From IMG/VR virus record IMGVR_UViG_3300045996_003284, positions 10,248 to 74,247 of that record: 64,000 nt of DNA; one strand, 5' to 3'. Below, piece after piece: positions 44,904 to 53,210 of the stretch (position 1 is its first letter; each line of letters starts with the position of its first letter). A model generated the notes under the pieces. That model made no database searches and had not been told where the DNA came from. It was given only the letters and a program-made list of their open reading frames with translations. This DNA is from a virus. The position numbers and the translations under genes are program-made.

Positions 44904-45332
44904 CTAGACCGTCTGCGCCGAAACGCCCCGGTAACTGGCAGAGCAGCCCGTCCCGTTGAAGGCCGCCCCGGTGCTGTTGCGAAAGCGAATCCGCCAGAAC
45001 GGCGGCAGGGTGCCGCCGAAACTGGAAGCAATCGACATGACCCGGTTGACGACCTGGGTGCCGGCGGAGACCAGGGGCATGGTACCGATCCACTTGTCGT
45101 TGCCGACAGTGTCGAAATAGACACCGTCGGCCGACCCCGCAGCGTAGACCTCGATGACCCCAGTGGCCAGCGCCCCAGAGCCTGTCGTGATCTGGGCGAA
45201 GATCAGCACGTCGAGGTAGGCAGTGTTGGTAACGTTCGCAGAGGTGGCGGAGGAACCGTTGGCAAGTCCGAGAAGGCCGGAAACCGTGAGGGTGGTGGCG
45301 GTGGCGGCATAGACTGGCTGAATGTTAGCCAT
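44904..45332 (-). CDS. Beta-sandwich virion protein, paralog of 41376..41810
   Basis: Shared motifs and the same AQTV end. Confidence 0.75.
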   Translation of the reverse strand: MANIQPVYAATATTLTVSGLLGLANGSSATSANVTNTAYLDVLIFAQITTGSGALATGVIEVYAAGSADGVYFDTVGNDKWIGTMPLVSAGTQVVNRVMSIASSFGGTLPPFWRIRFRNSTGAAFNGTGCSASYRGVSAQTV

Positions 45333-45804
45333 TGTCAGGGGCCACGTTCAGAGCGCGGGCCGCGGCGACATCGAGATGATGGACCCGCGTTAGACCGATT
45401 TCCTCGGCCCGGCTGATCTGGGTATCCCCCAGCGCGACCATGTCATCACGCTGTTGTTCGGTCATGGCGCCGGCGACAACCATGGTCGAGAGCAAATTGA
45501 ACACGGCGGTGGCGATCTCCGGATCGTTCATTCGGATGGTGTCGAACGAATTGGGCGCCAGGGTTTGCAGAATGGTGATGGCCGATCCCCGGAGGATCGG
45601 GTCCTCCGAGGCGGTGACGGCCTGGATGCGCGGCCACAGGCCCTTGAGCAACACGTGGCTGCGAACTTCCGAGGCCGACACTGCCCTCTTGCCGGGGCGG
45701 GTTGGGGCGTTGAGGGTATCAGCCACGGCGCTGTCGGCCATCTCGGCATAGCCGAGGTTAAGCGGATCGGAGTCTATCTCCGCCGCGAGGGTTTCCAGAT
45801 CCAC
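45325..45804 (-). CDS. Helical phage protein of the filament cassette (GTG start)
   Basis: AAAGGA RBS; L.AEI.SDP...GY......VA..LN ... SRAEEIGL. Confidence 0.65.
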   Translation of the reverse strand: MDLETLAAEIDSDPLNLGYAEMADSAVADTLNAPTRPGKRAVSASEVRSHVLLKGLWPRIQAVTASEDPILRGSAITILQTLAPNSFDTIRMNDPEIATAVFNLLSTMVVAGAMTEQQRDDMVALGDTQISRAEEIGLTRVHHLDVAAARALNVAPDNG

Positions 45805-45835
45805 GGGAACGGTTCCTTTCGATGCTCGGGATGTA

Positions 45836-46309
45836 TCAGAGGGATTGGCCCAGTCGGCGGATGGGCAAGCCGATGGTGCGCTCGAAGATTTGGCCGTCCA
45901 TGGCGTTGACCGTGCAGAGCAGGGTGTGGATTTCGCCAGGGGGCTCCCATCCCGGATGGTTGCGTTCATCTTCGTCGATCTGGAACCAGACCGTGATGTT
46001 GGTCATGTCGTTGGTGATGCCGTAGATCCGCAAACCGGCAGCGACGGCGAGCGGCAACAGGACGAGGCTGACCGAGGCGATCCGGTTGGAGATCCCGTCC
46101 ATTTCGACGGAGCAGTCAATGGTGTAGTTCTTCAATTCGTTGGGGTCGAGCGGGTTGGTCCAGGTCACTGTGCCGGTGCCGTTGCCGAAGTTGACGGTCC
46201 GCCAACTTGGCGCCAAGGCATGGCTGATGGCTCCTATATCACCATCGAGCAGCAGTTTGCCGTTTCCCACCAGCAACAGGTAACTGCCGTTTGCAAGAAC
46301 TAAGGCCAC
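45836..46309 (-). CDS. Fibre anchor/adaptor protein with N-terminal LLxxxG repeats
   Basis: LVLANGSYLLLVGNGKLLLDG, then LDP.ELK.YTIDC...FERTI. Confidence 0.7.
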   Translation of the reverse strand: MALVLANGSYLLLVGNGKLLLDGDIGAISHALAPSWRTVNFGNGTGTVTWTNPLDPNELKNYTIDCSVEMDGISNRIASVSLVLLPLAVAAGLRIYGITNDMTNITVWFQIDEDERNHPGWEPPGEIHTLLCTVNAMDGQIFERTIGLPIRRLGQSL

Positions 46310-46394
46310 GGCGAATCCCCCGTGTCGAACAAAAAGTGTAAACGGCAACCGTTAGAAGATCGGTGAACGCTCCTCAGTCTGATTTAGGGTGCGA

Positions 46395-48971
46395 TCAAGA
46401 ACTAGTCGGCGGGTCGGAGGAAACCGGCCCCGTCTCGACGAGGTCAATACCGGGCACGTAGGTCAACCCAACCTTTGCCGCTGGCACGAAATCACCATCG
46501 GGGGGCGAACCCTCGCAGACAAAGCCTTCCCAGTCGCGCGCGGGGTCATTCAACAAAGGCCAGCCGGCGGTGGGCTGGTCGCTGTTGAAAGGGTCGGGCG
46601 CGCGGACAGCGGCGAACACAGGGCCGAAATCCGGGTTGGTGCCGGCGCGACTGTTGGGCCAGACTCCATGGGCTTCGATCTTCTGCGTTGAACTGACGCT
46701 ACCCCACACGTTATCGAGATCAATGGGATACCCATTGGCCTCAAAATCAGCGGCCTTGTTCAGGAAGTGATAGAAAGCGAACGCGCTGCCGGGGTCAGTT
46801 CGAACAACATTGATGTTGCGCAGCAGAAGCCCTGTCATGCCACCGTTGATTTCGGCCGGAACGTAGAAGCCCCGCGTGCCGATACCAACGCTACCGGTCA
46901 AATTGTGAATCCGCACTGACCCGGCACGTCCCGTGCCGGCGGTGCCGGTTGAGAAGATGGTTCCCCGGATACCTTTGTCCGATCCCGTCACGTTGACCAA
47001 GCGGCAGTTCTGCAGGGTGATATCAGTTTTGGCCGAACCCGCGTGGACGAGAACGGCATGACCCTGGGAAATCGACGCGTTGTCAACCAGAACCCCTTCG
47101 AGATAGACCGCGCCGCAGTCTCGAAAATAGAGACTGGCATCGCCGGAAGACGCCACCGCCGACGGTTTGAAAGCGCCGCCGATCACCGTAACCGACGCGG
47201 CTCCATCGAAGAATAGACCCGCGTCCGTATCGACACTGGCCTTTGGGATGACGCGAATGTGTTTGCCAACGACATCGTCACCGGCAAAGGTTCGACGCGA
47301 GTCCTTGTCGAGATGGACTGTCCAGTCGAATGCTGTTCGCGCAGGCCAGGGGAGCGAAACCGGGTTATCGGGAACTTTAACGGTTGAGTCAACAATCGTA
47401 ACAACACAGGTCTCGTTCGAAAGCGTGCAGTTGGTGGGGGATGACAGAACCAAACGGACGGTTTCGTTTTTTTCGACCAAAGAGTCAGCCGTGGTCTGAA
47501 GGGTGACGGTTTGAGTTTCCTGATCTTTCGCGAACTTCAGCACCGTGGGCGGGATCGCGGTAAAATCCCCTGGGGTAGCGGTGCCGGGGGACGTCGCGAC
47601 CGTAACCGAGCAGGCGCCAGTTCCCGATTTGGTCACTGTTATGGTTGTCGAATCGCCTTCGGTTACTGTGACGCTATCCGGCAGATAGACCAGGGGGTCT
47701 GCTTCAGACTGAACGCCATCCGCCGTCCATGTGGTGTTGCACCCAACGCGCTGGGCGGCAATGGTGCGGTTTGCCGCCCCACCCAAGGCTTTGTTGCCAG
47801 GATAATCCGAAACGGGTAAATTCCCACTGTTGGCATCAGGACCACTGGTTGGCGCAACTAAGCCAACGGGGGGCTTTGACCAAGAAACCGCCCCTGCGGC
47901 GCAATGGTAGAACTTGTTTCTCTTGGCTGTTACACCGCGAACAGCGGACCCACCAAGCGTTTCAAGACCCCACCGTTTGGATTCAAAAACCTGATTGTCG
48001 ATAACTTGAATGCTCTTCGAAAGTTGATTTGCGTGGGTGCCAGTATTGCCAACAATAAGAATTGCCGCATGCCTTGTGGTTTTATCATGTTCTTCTTTCA
48101 ACACCTGAGTCAACTGGCCGCTACCGCCGGCCCGATAAACCGTATTGTTCTTAACAAGAGTATCCTGATTGCCGGCTGACCACCAATTGGGCTCAGACGC
48201 GACCAAAATACCGGCGCGTTCGTTTCCGCCACCCTCGACGAAGTTGCCAAGAACGGTGAGGCCCTTCGTTCCAATCCCAGTAATACCGCGCCCACCCCGG
48301 TTGCCACCAACATAGTTGTACCGGCTGACGCAGTCCTGGATAAAGTTGTAACCGTAGCCAACAAAGGCAGTGCAATCGTCCCCGCTTTGCCAAATATAGT
48401 TATACTCGACAATAGTATTGCGCGACGGGTAGGTTGAGCGGGATGTCGTGGTATGAATCGAATCGGCGACCGTGTACATGATCGTATTTCGGGCAATATA
48501 CCCATTGGTAGAGCCCTGAACAAAGATGCCACCGATGTTCTTTAAGCTATTCTTCTTGTTGTCGCCCTCAATCCAGATGTGCGTGATCCGAAAATTGCGT
48601 GTTCCGTAGCGAACGCGCACGCCCGACTTTTCTGGAGGGGCTCCACCATCGATTTGCCGGGTCTGGGGCCAACTGTGCACGCGCATTTTCGTGAGTTCCG
48701 GACCAACGCCTTTCAATTCGATCGAGCGAGCGCGGCGGTCCGTCGCGTACAGCATCGTCACCGGGCCATCCCCCGGCTTGCCATTGACTCCGGAAACCTT
48801 GATGCTGTCGATCGTGAGAACGGAGCTATGGTTATAGGTCCCGGCCGGAATCAGGACGCTATGCCCACCCGCCTTGGCCGCGTTGAAGCAGGCTTGCAGG
48901 GCCTTCTGGTCGTCAGCCTTTCCGTCCCCCTTCGCATTCCAGGGAGCGTTTTTGGGATTCAGGACAGCCAT
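46395..48971 (-). CDS. Beta-helix + Calx-beta + second beta-helix glycan-active protein
   Basis: NAKGDGKADDQKALQA, IPAGTY, Calx-beta VTEG...TAT..DF....L.FA; AGGAG RBS. Confidence 0.8.
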   Translation of the reverse strand: MAVLNPKNAPWNAKGDGKADDQKALQACFNAAKAGGHSVLIPAGTYNHSSVLTIDSIKVSGVNGKPGDGPVTMLYATDRRARSIELKGVGPELTKMRVHSWPQTRQIDGGAPPEKSGVRVRYGTRNFRITHIWIEGDNKKNSLKNIGGIFVQGSTNGYIARNTIMYTVADSIHTTTSRSTYPSRNTIVEYNYIWQSGDDCTAFVGYGYNFIQDCVSRYNYVGGNRGGRGITGIGTKGLTVLGNFVEGGGNERAGILVASEPNWWSAGNQDTLVKNNTVYRAGGSGQLTQVLKEEHDKTTRHAAILIVGNTGTHANQLSKSIQVIDNQVFESKRWGLETLGGSAVRGVTAKRNKFYHCAAGAVSWSKPPVGLVAPTSGPDANSGNLPVSDYPGNKALGGAANRTIAAQRVGCNTTWTADGVQSEADPLVYLPDSVTVTEGDSTTITVTKSGTGACSVTVATSPGTATPGDFTAIPPTVLKFAKDQETQTVTLQTTADSLVEKNETVRLVLSSPTNCTLSNETCVVTIVDSTVKVPDNPVSLPWPARTAFDWTVHLDKDSRRTFAGDDVVGKHIRVIPKASVDTDAGLFFDGAASVTVIGGAFKPSAVASSGDASLYFRDCGAVYLEGVLVDNASISQGHAVLVHAGSAKTDITLQNCRLVNVTGSDKGIRGTIFSTGTAGTGRAGSVRIHNLTGSVGIGTRGFYVPAEINGGMTGLLLRNINVVRTDPGSAFAFYHFLNKAADFEANGYPIDLDNVWGSVSSTQKIEAHGVWPNSRAGTNPDFGPVFAAVRAPDPFNSDQPTAGWPLLNDPARDWEGFVCEGSPPDGDFVPAAKVGLTYVPGIDLVETGPVSSDPPTSS

Positions 48972-49008
48972 CTGCAAACTCCTATGAGTTGGCTTAAAGC
49001 GTGATCTC

Positions 49009-49042
49009 AAAAAAAAGACCGCCCAGGCAACTGAGCGGTCTT
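49009..49042 (-). terminator. Intrinsic terminator after the RTX gene
   Basis: AAGACCGC stem plus T8. Confidence 0.85.
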
Positions 49043-49069
49043 CAACGGCGATGCTTTGTCGCTAGAAAG

Positions 49070-50083
49070 TTAAACAACCCACCAGTCGCCCAGTCCAACC
49101 GCATTGACGTCCAGGATATGGAGCACATGACCATCGTTGTCGGTGCTGGTATAGGTCGTGATGCCGTCATGCTCGACGGCTGTCGTCGTCATCTGTCCTT
49201 CGCCGCCCCGGAACGACAGAGTGTCGATACCGTCCCCTGGGCCGTCGGTGATGGAATCGAAGTCCGTGATGACGTCGTGACCCATCGGCAATTCGTTTGG
49301 ATGATTCGGGTCGAACGCGAGGAAGTCGAAGACGAAGTCGTTGCCCCCACCCGAGTCACCGCCACCGGTGAAGGTCTCACTGCCCTTCCCGGCGATAAAC
49401 ATATCATCCGGCGAGCTGCCGATCACGGTGTTATCGCTGTCGCCGCCGTGATAGATGAGAGAAACCGGTTCGCTGCTGCCCTCAGTCGTGATCACGTTGG
49501 TGCCGGTGAAGACGAGCCTGACCTCGGACTCCCCCGTATCAAAATTCTGGGTGGTGAGATGCCCCTTGCTTTCCCCGGTGATCCAGACCTCAGGGTTTCT
49601 GCCAATGTCAAAGGCCAGGGTGTCCCGGCCGGCATTGCCGTCGAACCGGCTGGTACCATAGTACACCTCGTCATGGATTCCGCCGATGAAGAAGGTGTCA
49701 TCCCCAGTACCGCCGCGCGCGGTGTCCTTACCACCGTTGCCGAATAGGGAATCGTTTCCGGCTCCGCCGTTGAGAAAATCGTCGCCGCCGCTCCCGAGCA
49801 GGAAATCCTGGCCGGCATCGCCGTACAGCTTCAAGGGGCCGCCACTGTAAAGACCCCAGAGCGTGTCGTCGCCGCGTCCGCCCCAGGCACTGTCACGCCC
49901 GCCCTCGGCGAGGTCGATGAAATCGTCACCGTCCTGCCCGTAGATCTTGTTGTTGCCGTCACTACCCTCAATGTGGTCGTCGCCGGCACCGCCATAGGCG
50001 TTTGACTTCCCCGACAAGTAGATATTATCGTCGGATTTGGTGCCGTGTACGGTAGCGTTTTTCTTGCCGTGGATGGTCGCCAT
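49070..50083 (-). CDS. RTX (hemolysin-type) Ca2+-binding repeat protein, moron
   Basis: About 10 GGxGxDxLx nonapeptides, G.D.ITDF; AT-rich upstream region and its own terminator. Confidence 0.9.
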   Translation of the reverse strand: MATIHGKKNATVHGTKSDDNIYLSGKSNAYGGAGDDHIEGSDGNNKIYGQDGDDFIDLAEGGRDSAWGGRGDDTLWGLYSGGPLKLYGDAGQDFLLGSGGDDFLNGGAGNDSLFGNGGKDTARGGTGDDTFFIGGIHDEVYYGTSRFDGNAGRDTLAFDIGRNPEVWITGESKGHLTTQNFDTGESEVRLVFTGTNVITTEGSSEPVSLIYHGGDSDNTVIGSSPDDMFIAGKGSETFTGGGDSGGGNDFVFDFLAFDPNHPNELPMGHDVITDFDSITDGPGDGIDTLSFRGGEGQMTTTAVEHDGITTYTSTDNDGHVLHILDVNAVGLGDWWVV

Positions 50084-50212
50084 GGAGTCCCCCAAAAATC
50101 TTTATTGATTGGTGACAAGGGCGTTCATCTTACCGGATTGCGTCTAAAAAAGAATTATACTGAACGGTGTTTATACGAAAGATAACATGACTTGTGTTGT
50201 TTCTGCACAGGT

Positions 50213-53206
50213 TTAACGCGGCACGATGGTCTTGCCGCGGACGTCATAGCCGCTGCCGGGGAAAGCATCCTTGCGGGACAGAAGATTGTTGCGGGCAAGT
50301 CGAATGCGGGCATCGTCGGGCGCCACGAACCATTGGTGAAAGTCTAGGGCTGAAATCACATGGACAAAGTAGCTGTTGGCGTCGGGCTGAAATTGGCTCG
50401 CCGACCGGAACGTGTGGCCTGGAACCCCAAACAGGGAGTTCACGATGCAATTGCCATTGATATTGACACCCCCCGTGTTGAAGGTCACGGGAGGCCCGCC
50501 GGGTGAAAGCGCAAGTTTTATTGTGTTAGAGGATGCCTGAACCGAATAGTAAAGGTTGCCGATCGTTAACCCGGCCGGAATTTTAGTCCGGTCTATGAAC
50601 CTAAGATAGTTGTTTGGATCCGTAATGCCCGTCGGTGTGATCACCCAACCATTTTGTGCCGCGGTCGTATCCCACCCAGGACTCGTGAGGGCGATGGTTT
50701 GATTGTCTGTCCTGTAGGTACAGGCTAGGTTGATATTACTCCATTGTCCCGGCGTCCAAGGACGGCGGTCTTGCAAAGTGGCGCCCCCACCTTCGCTGCT
50801 GATCAGAACATCGATCACGGTTGCTTTGTAAGGGTCGCATTTTAGACTATAGTACTTCGGGTCGGTATCATTGTGAAACCCCCCGGCCAGGACCATCGGA
50901 ACATAACTCCACCACTCCGCCTGCTGCTTGATGTCCGGGTCCTCACAGAGGCCGTAAGCAACCGAAAGCGCATCAACACCAAAATTATGCATCCAGGTTG
51001 CGTAACCGCCATGAGCCGTTCCGTTCTCTTTTAGGTGGGTGTCCAGATAGCGCCGGCCGTCGAGGACGTTGTTGCCATTCTGGCCGCCGGCGATGCGCCA
51101 GAATCCGGACTGGTAAGGTTGGATTCGATCGATCTCAACCCAATGCTCTTTATACGCTTTAACCAGTTTGTAGTTTGCGTCCGCTGGGTTTCCCATCGCG
51201 AAAGCATGCAGGATGCAACGCGCGTTGTGCGAGACGGCGCGGACCTGACCCAACGCATTCATGCCACCGCACGGCGTGCTCAGCCAGTCAATGGTCATGC
51301 AGCGGCCGTGATTGGGTTCTGTGAAGACCCCCGGCAGGGTTGCCTCCATGTACAGGGCGTCCAGGAAGTGCTGGTCGCCCTCGCTCAGGTAGGTCCAGAG
51401 ATTGATCTGCGGGAAGTGCGCGGCGTCCAGATTGGTGATGCCGGTTTCCTGCACGACCCCGTTGATGACCCCCGGATTCATCTCAATGCCATTGGCTTTT
51501 TGCACGATGGCTGGAGGATCAGCGGTGGTCCAGATGCTCGGTCCGAACAGCGCGGAATCCGGATTGCGGGTGGGCGGCAGGTAGCAAAGGATCTTGCGGG
51601 TCGTCCGGTTGTAGCCCTGACCGTGCATAGCGCCCATACCCCAGGCCGTTACCCGCATGGCCTGCTCGTGGTTGGCGAGTTGGGCCGCGGTGGCGCGGGC
51701 ATGAGCGGCGATGCACCGGGCGTGCGGCTTGCTGGTGCCCCACGTGATCATCTCAGCATCGCCGACATCGGACTGGTTGTGGCGCAAGAGACCGCGCCGC
51801 ATCGGGGCGTAGCCGGGAGGCGTGGTGATCAGCGTGCTGAATGCCGGATTGTTGACATCCAAAGGCGCGAACATCCGGCTTTCGATGCCATACGGAACGT
51901 TGTGGCGGTACACCAGTTTCGGCGGGTTATGAACTTGGTTGGCTTGAAGATCGAACCAGTCCATTTTTCCTTCAGAACCGACCGAGGCGATGAAGCACCC
52001 CTTGGATGACCTGACGTTCGTCCAGGCTCCGTTTCCATTGGTGACGCCGCGCAGGGTTGTGGCGTTGACTCGGACATCGGCGCTGAACTGGATGCCCTGC
52101 TGATCGGCCTCGACGTTGGTCTGCCACCCATAGATCGTCTTGAACAGAAACTGAATGCGCTTGGGGTTGTCGGGGGTGCCGCCCCAGGCGCGCAGGTAGA
52201 GCCAGCAGCCGAAATGGGGGTCCTTAGTCGTGGTGGTGCCCAGCGTGGCCATATCGGAGATGCGCCACTCGGTGCAGACGGGACCGGACATGACCGGTTC
52301 GAACCATGCGCTGTTCGAGGCGGCGACCATGTTGGCCAGTTTGAAGGTCTTCAGTCCTTTCTCGGCGGTCAGCACATTCGTATGGGTCCGACCCTTCCAC
52401 GACGTGAAAGCGAACTCAATGGCGACTTTGGAGGCGAGCGGGGTCGGAGAGGTATGGATGCCGGTGTCCTGGGCCGTCCAGGTGCCGGCTTGGCGCTGCC
52501 AGATGATATCCTTACCGGTTCCCGCCGCGATCACGGGCATCAGCCACCGGGCCTGTGCGTGCTTCAGCGAGCCATCGGGCCAATAAGTCCGGTTGCTGAG
52601 CTGGCAGGGTATCCGATTGCCATCAACGGCCGCGTGGACGATGGTGCCGGTCGGCACGTGTCCTTTCTTGAAGACGACGCCAGCGTGCATTTCCTGACTG
52701 GCCAGACTGGGCACCGTGTCGTAGTTCTCAACGCGCGCGGTATAAAGGTTCTCGATCGTGGGGCTGCTGACGGCGGTAACGCGCAGCGTGATGGTGAAGA
52801 CCTGATCGAAGTTGCCGACCTGCAAAGTCACGGTGTGGGTGGCCGTACCCCCCAGCGCGGTCAAGCCGACGACCAGCCGGTACCCGGTCGGCCATGAACC
52901 CTGGAGCGCCACCCTTCCACCCGCATCCGAGGTCAGGACCACGTCGTAGCCGGTGAATTCCGGTACCGGCGGCCCCCATTCGTCCGTGAAGTCGTCGGTG
53001 AATTCGGTTCCGGGAACCGGAGCCGCGATGGGGAACCCGACAAAGACTAGATCGGCAAGCTTGGTTCCGGCTGTCAAGTTGCCGAGCACATCAATCGCTA
53101 GGGGTTCGACCCGGCGTTCGGGCACAACGATGACGCCCGGACGGCGCAGCAGACCGCCGCCGGGGCCGAGAACCAGGCCACCGTCGGGAGAGCGCAGGAG
53201 ACCCAT
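50213..53206 (-). CDS. Large virion-associated protein resembling beta-supersandwich/alpha-barrel polysaccharide lyases
   Basis: GVVFKKG.VP...P.Q....YWPDGSLKHA, SGPVCTEWR, D.AH.P....YL..GD..FLD.L. Confidence 0.6.
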   Translation of the reverse strand: MGLLRSPDGGLVLGPGGGLLRRPGVIVVPERRVEPLAIDVLGNLTAGTKLADLVFVGFPIAAPVPGTEFTDDFTDEWGPPVPEFTGYDVVLTSDAGGRVALQGSWPTGYRLVVGLTALGGTATHTVTLQVGNFDQVFTITLRVTAVSSPTIENLYTARVENYDTVPSLASQEMHAGVVFKKGHVPTGTIVHAAVDGNRIPCQLSNRTYWPDGSLKHAQARWLMPVIAAGTGKDIIWQRQAGTWTAQDTGIHTSPTPLASKVAIEFAFTSWKGRTHTNVLTAEKGLKTFKLANMVAASNSAWFEPVMSGPVCTEWRISDMATLGTTTTKDPHFGCWLYLRAWGGTPDNPKRIQFLFKTIYGWQTNVEADQQGIQFSADVRVNATTLRGVTNGNGAWTNVRSSKGCFIASVGSEGKMDWFDLQANQVHNPPKLVYRHNVPYGIESRMFAPLDVNNPAFSTLITTPPGYAPMRRGLLRHNQSDVGDAEMITWGTSKPHARCIAAHARATAAQLANHEQAMRVTAWGMGAMHGQGYNRTTRKILCYLPPTRNPDSALFGPSIWTTADPPAIVQKANGIEMNPGVINGVVQETGITNLDAAHFPQINLWTYLSEGDQHFLDALYMEATLPGVFTEPNHGRCMTIDWLSTPCGGMNALGQVRAVSHNARCILHAFAMGNPADANYKLVKAYKEHWVEIDRIQPYQSGFWRIAGGQNGNNVLDGRRYLDTHLKENGTAHGGYATWMHNFGVDALSVAYGLCEDPDIKQQAEWWSYVPMVLAGGFHNDTDPKYYSLKCDPYKATVIDVLISSEGGGATLQDRRPWTPGQWSNINLACTYRTDNQTIALTSPGWDTTAAQNGWVITPTGITDPNNYLRFIDRTKIPAGLTIGNLYYSVQASSNTIKLALSPGGPPVTFNTGGVNINGNCIVNSLFGVPGHTFRSASQFQPDANSYFVHVISALDFHQWFVAPDDARIRLARNNLLSRKDAFPGSGYDVRGKTIVPR

Positions 53207-53210
53207 GGTG

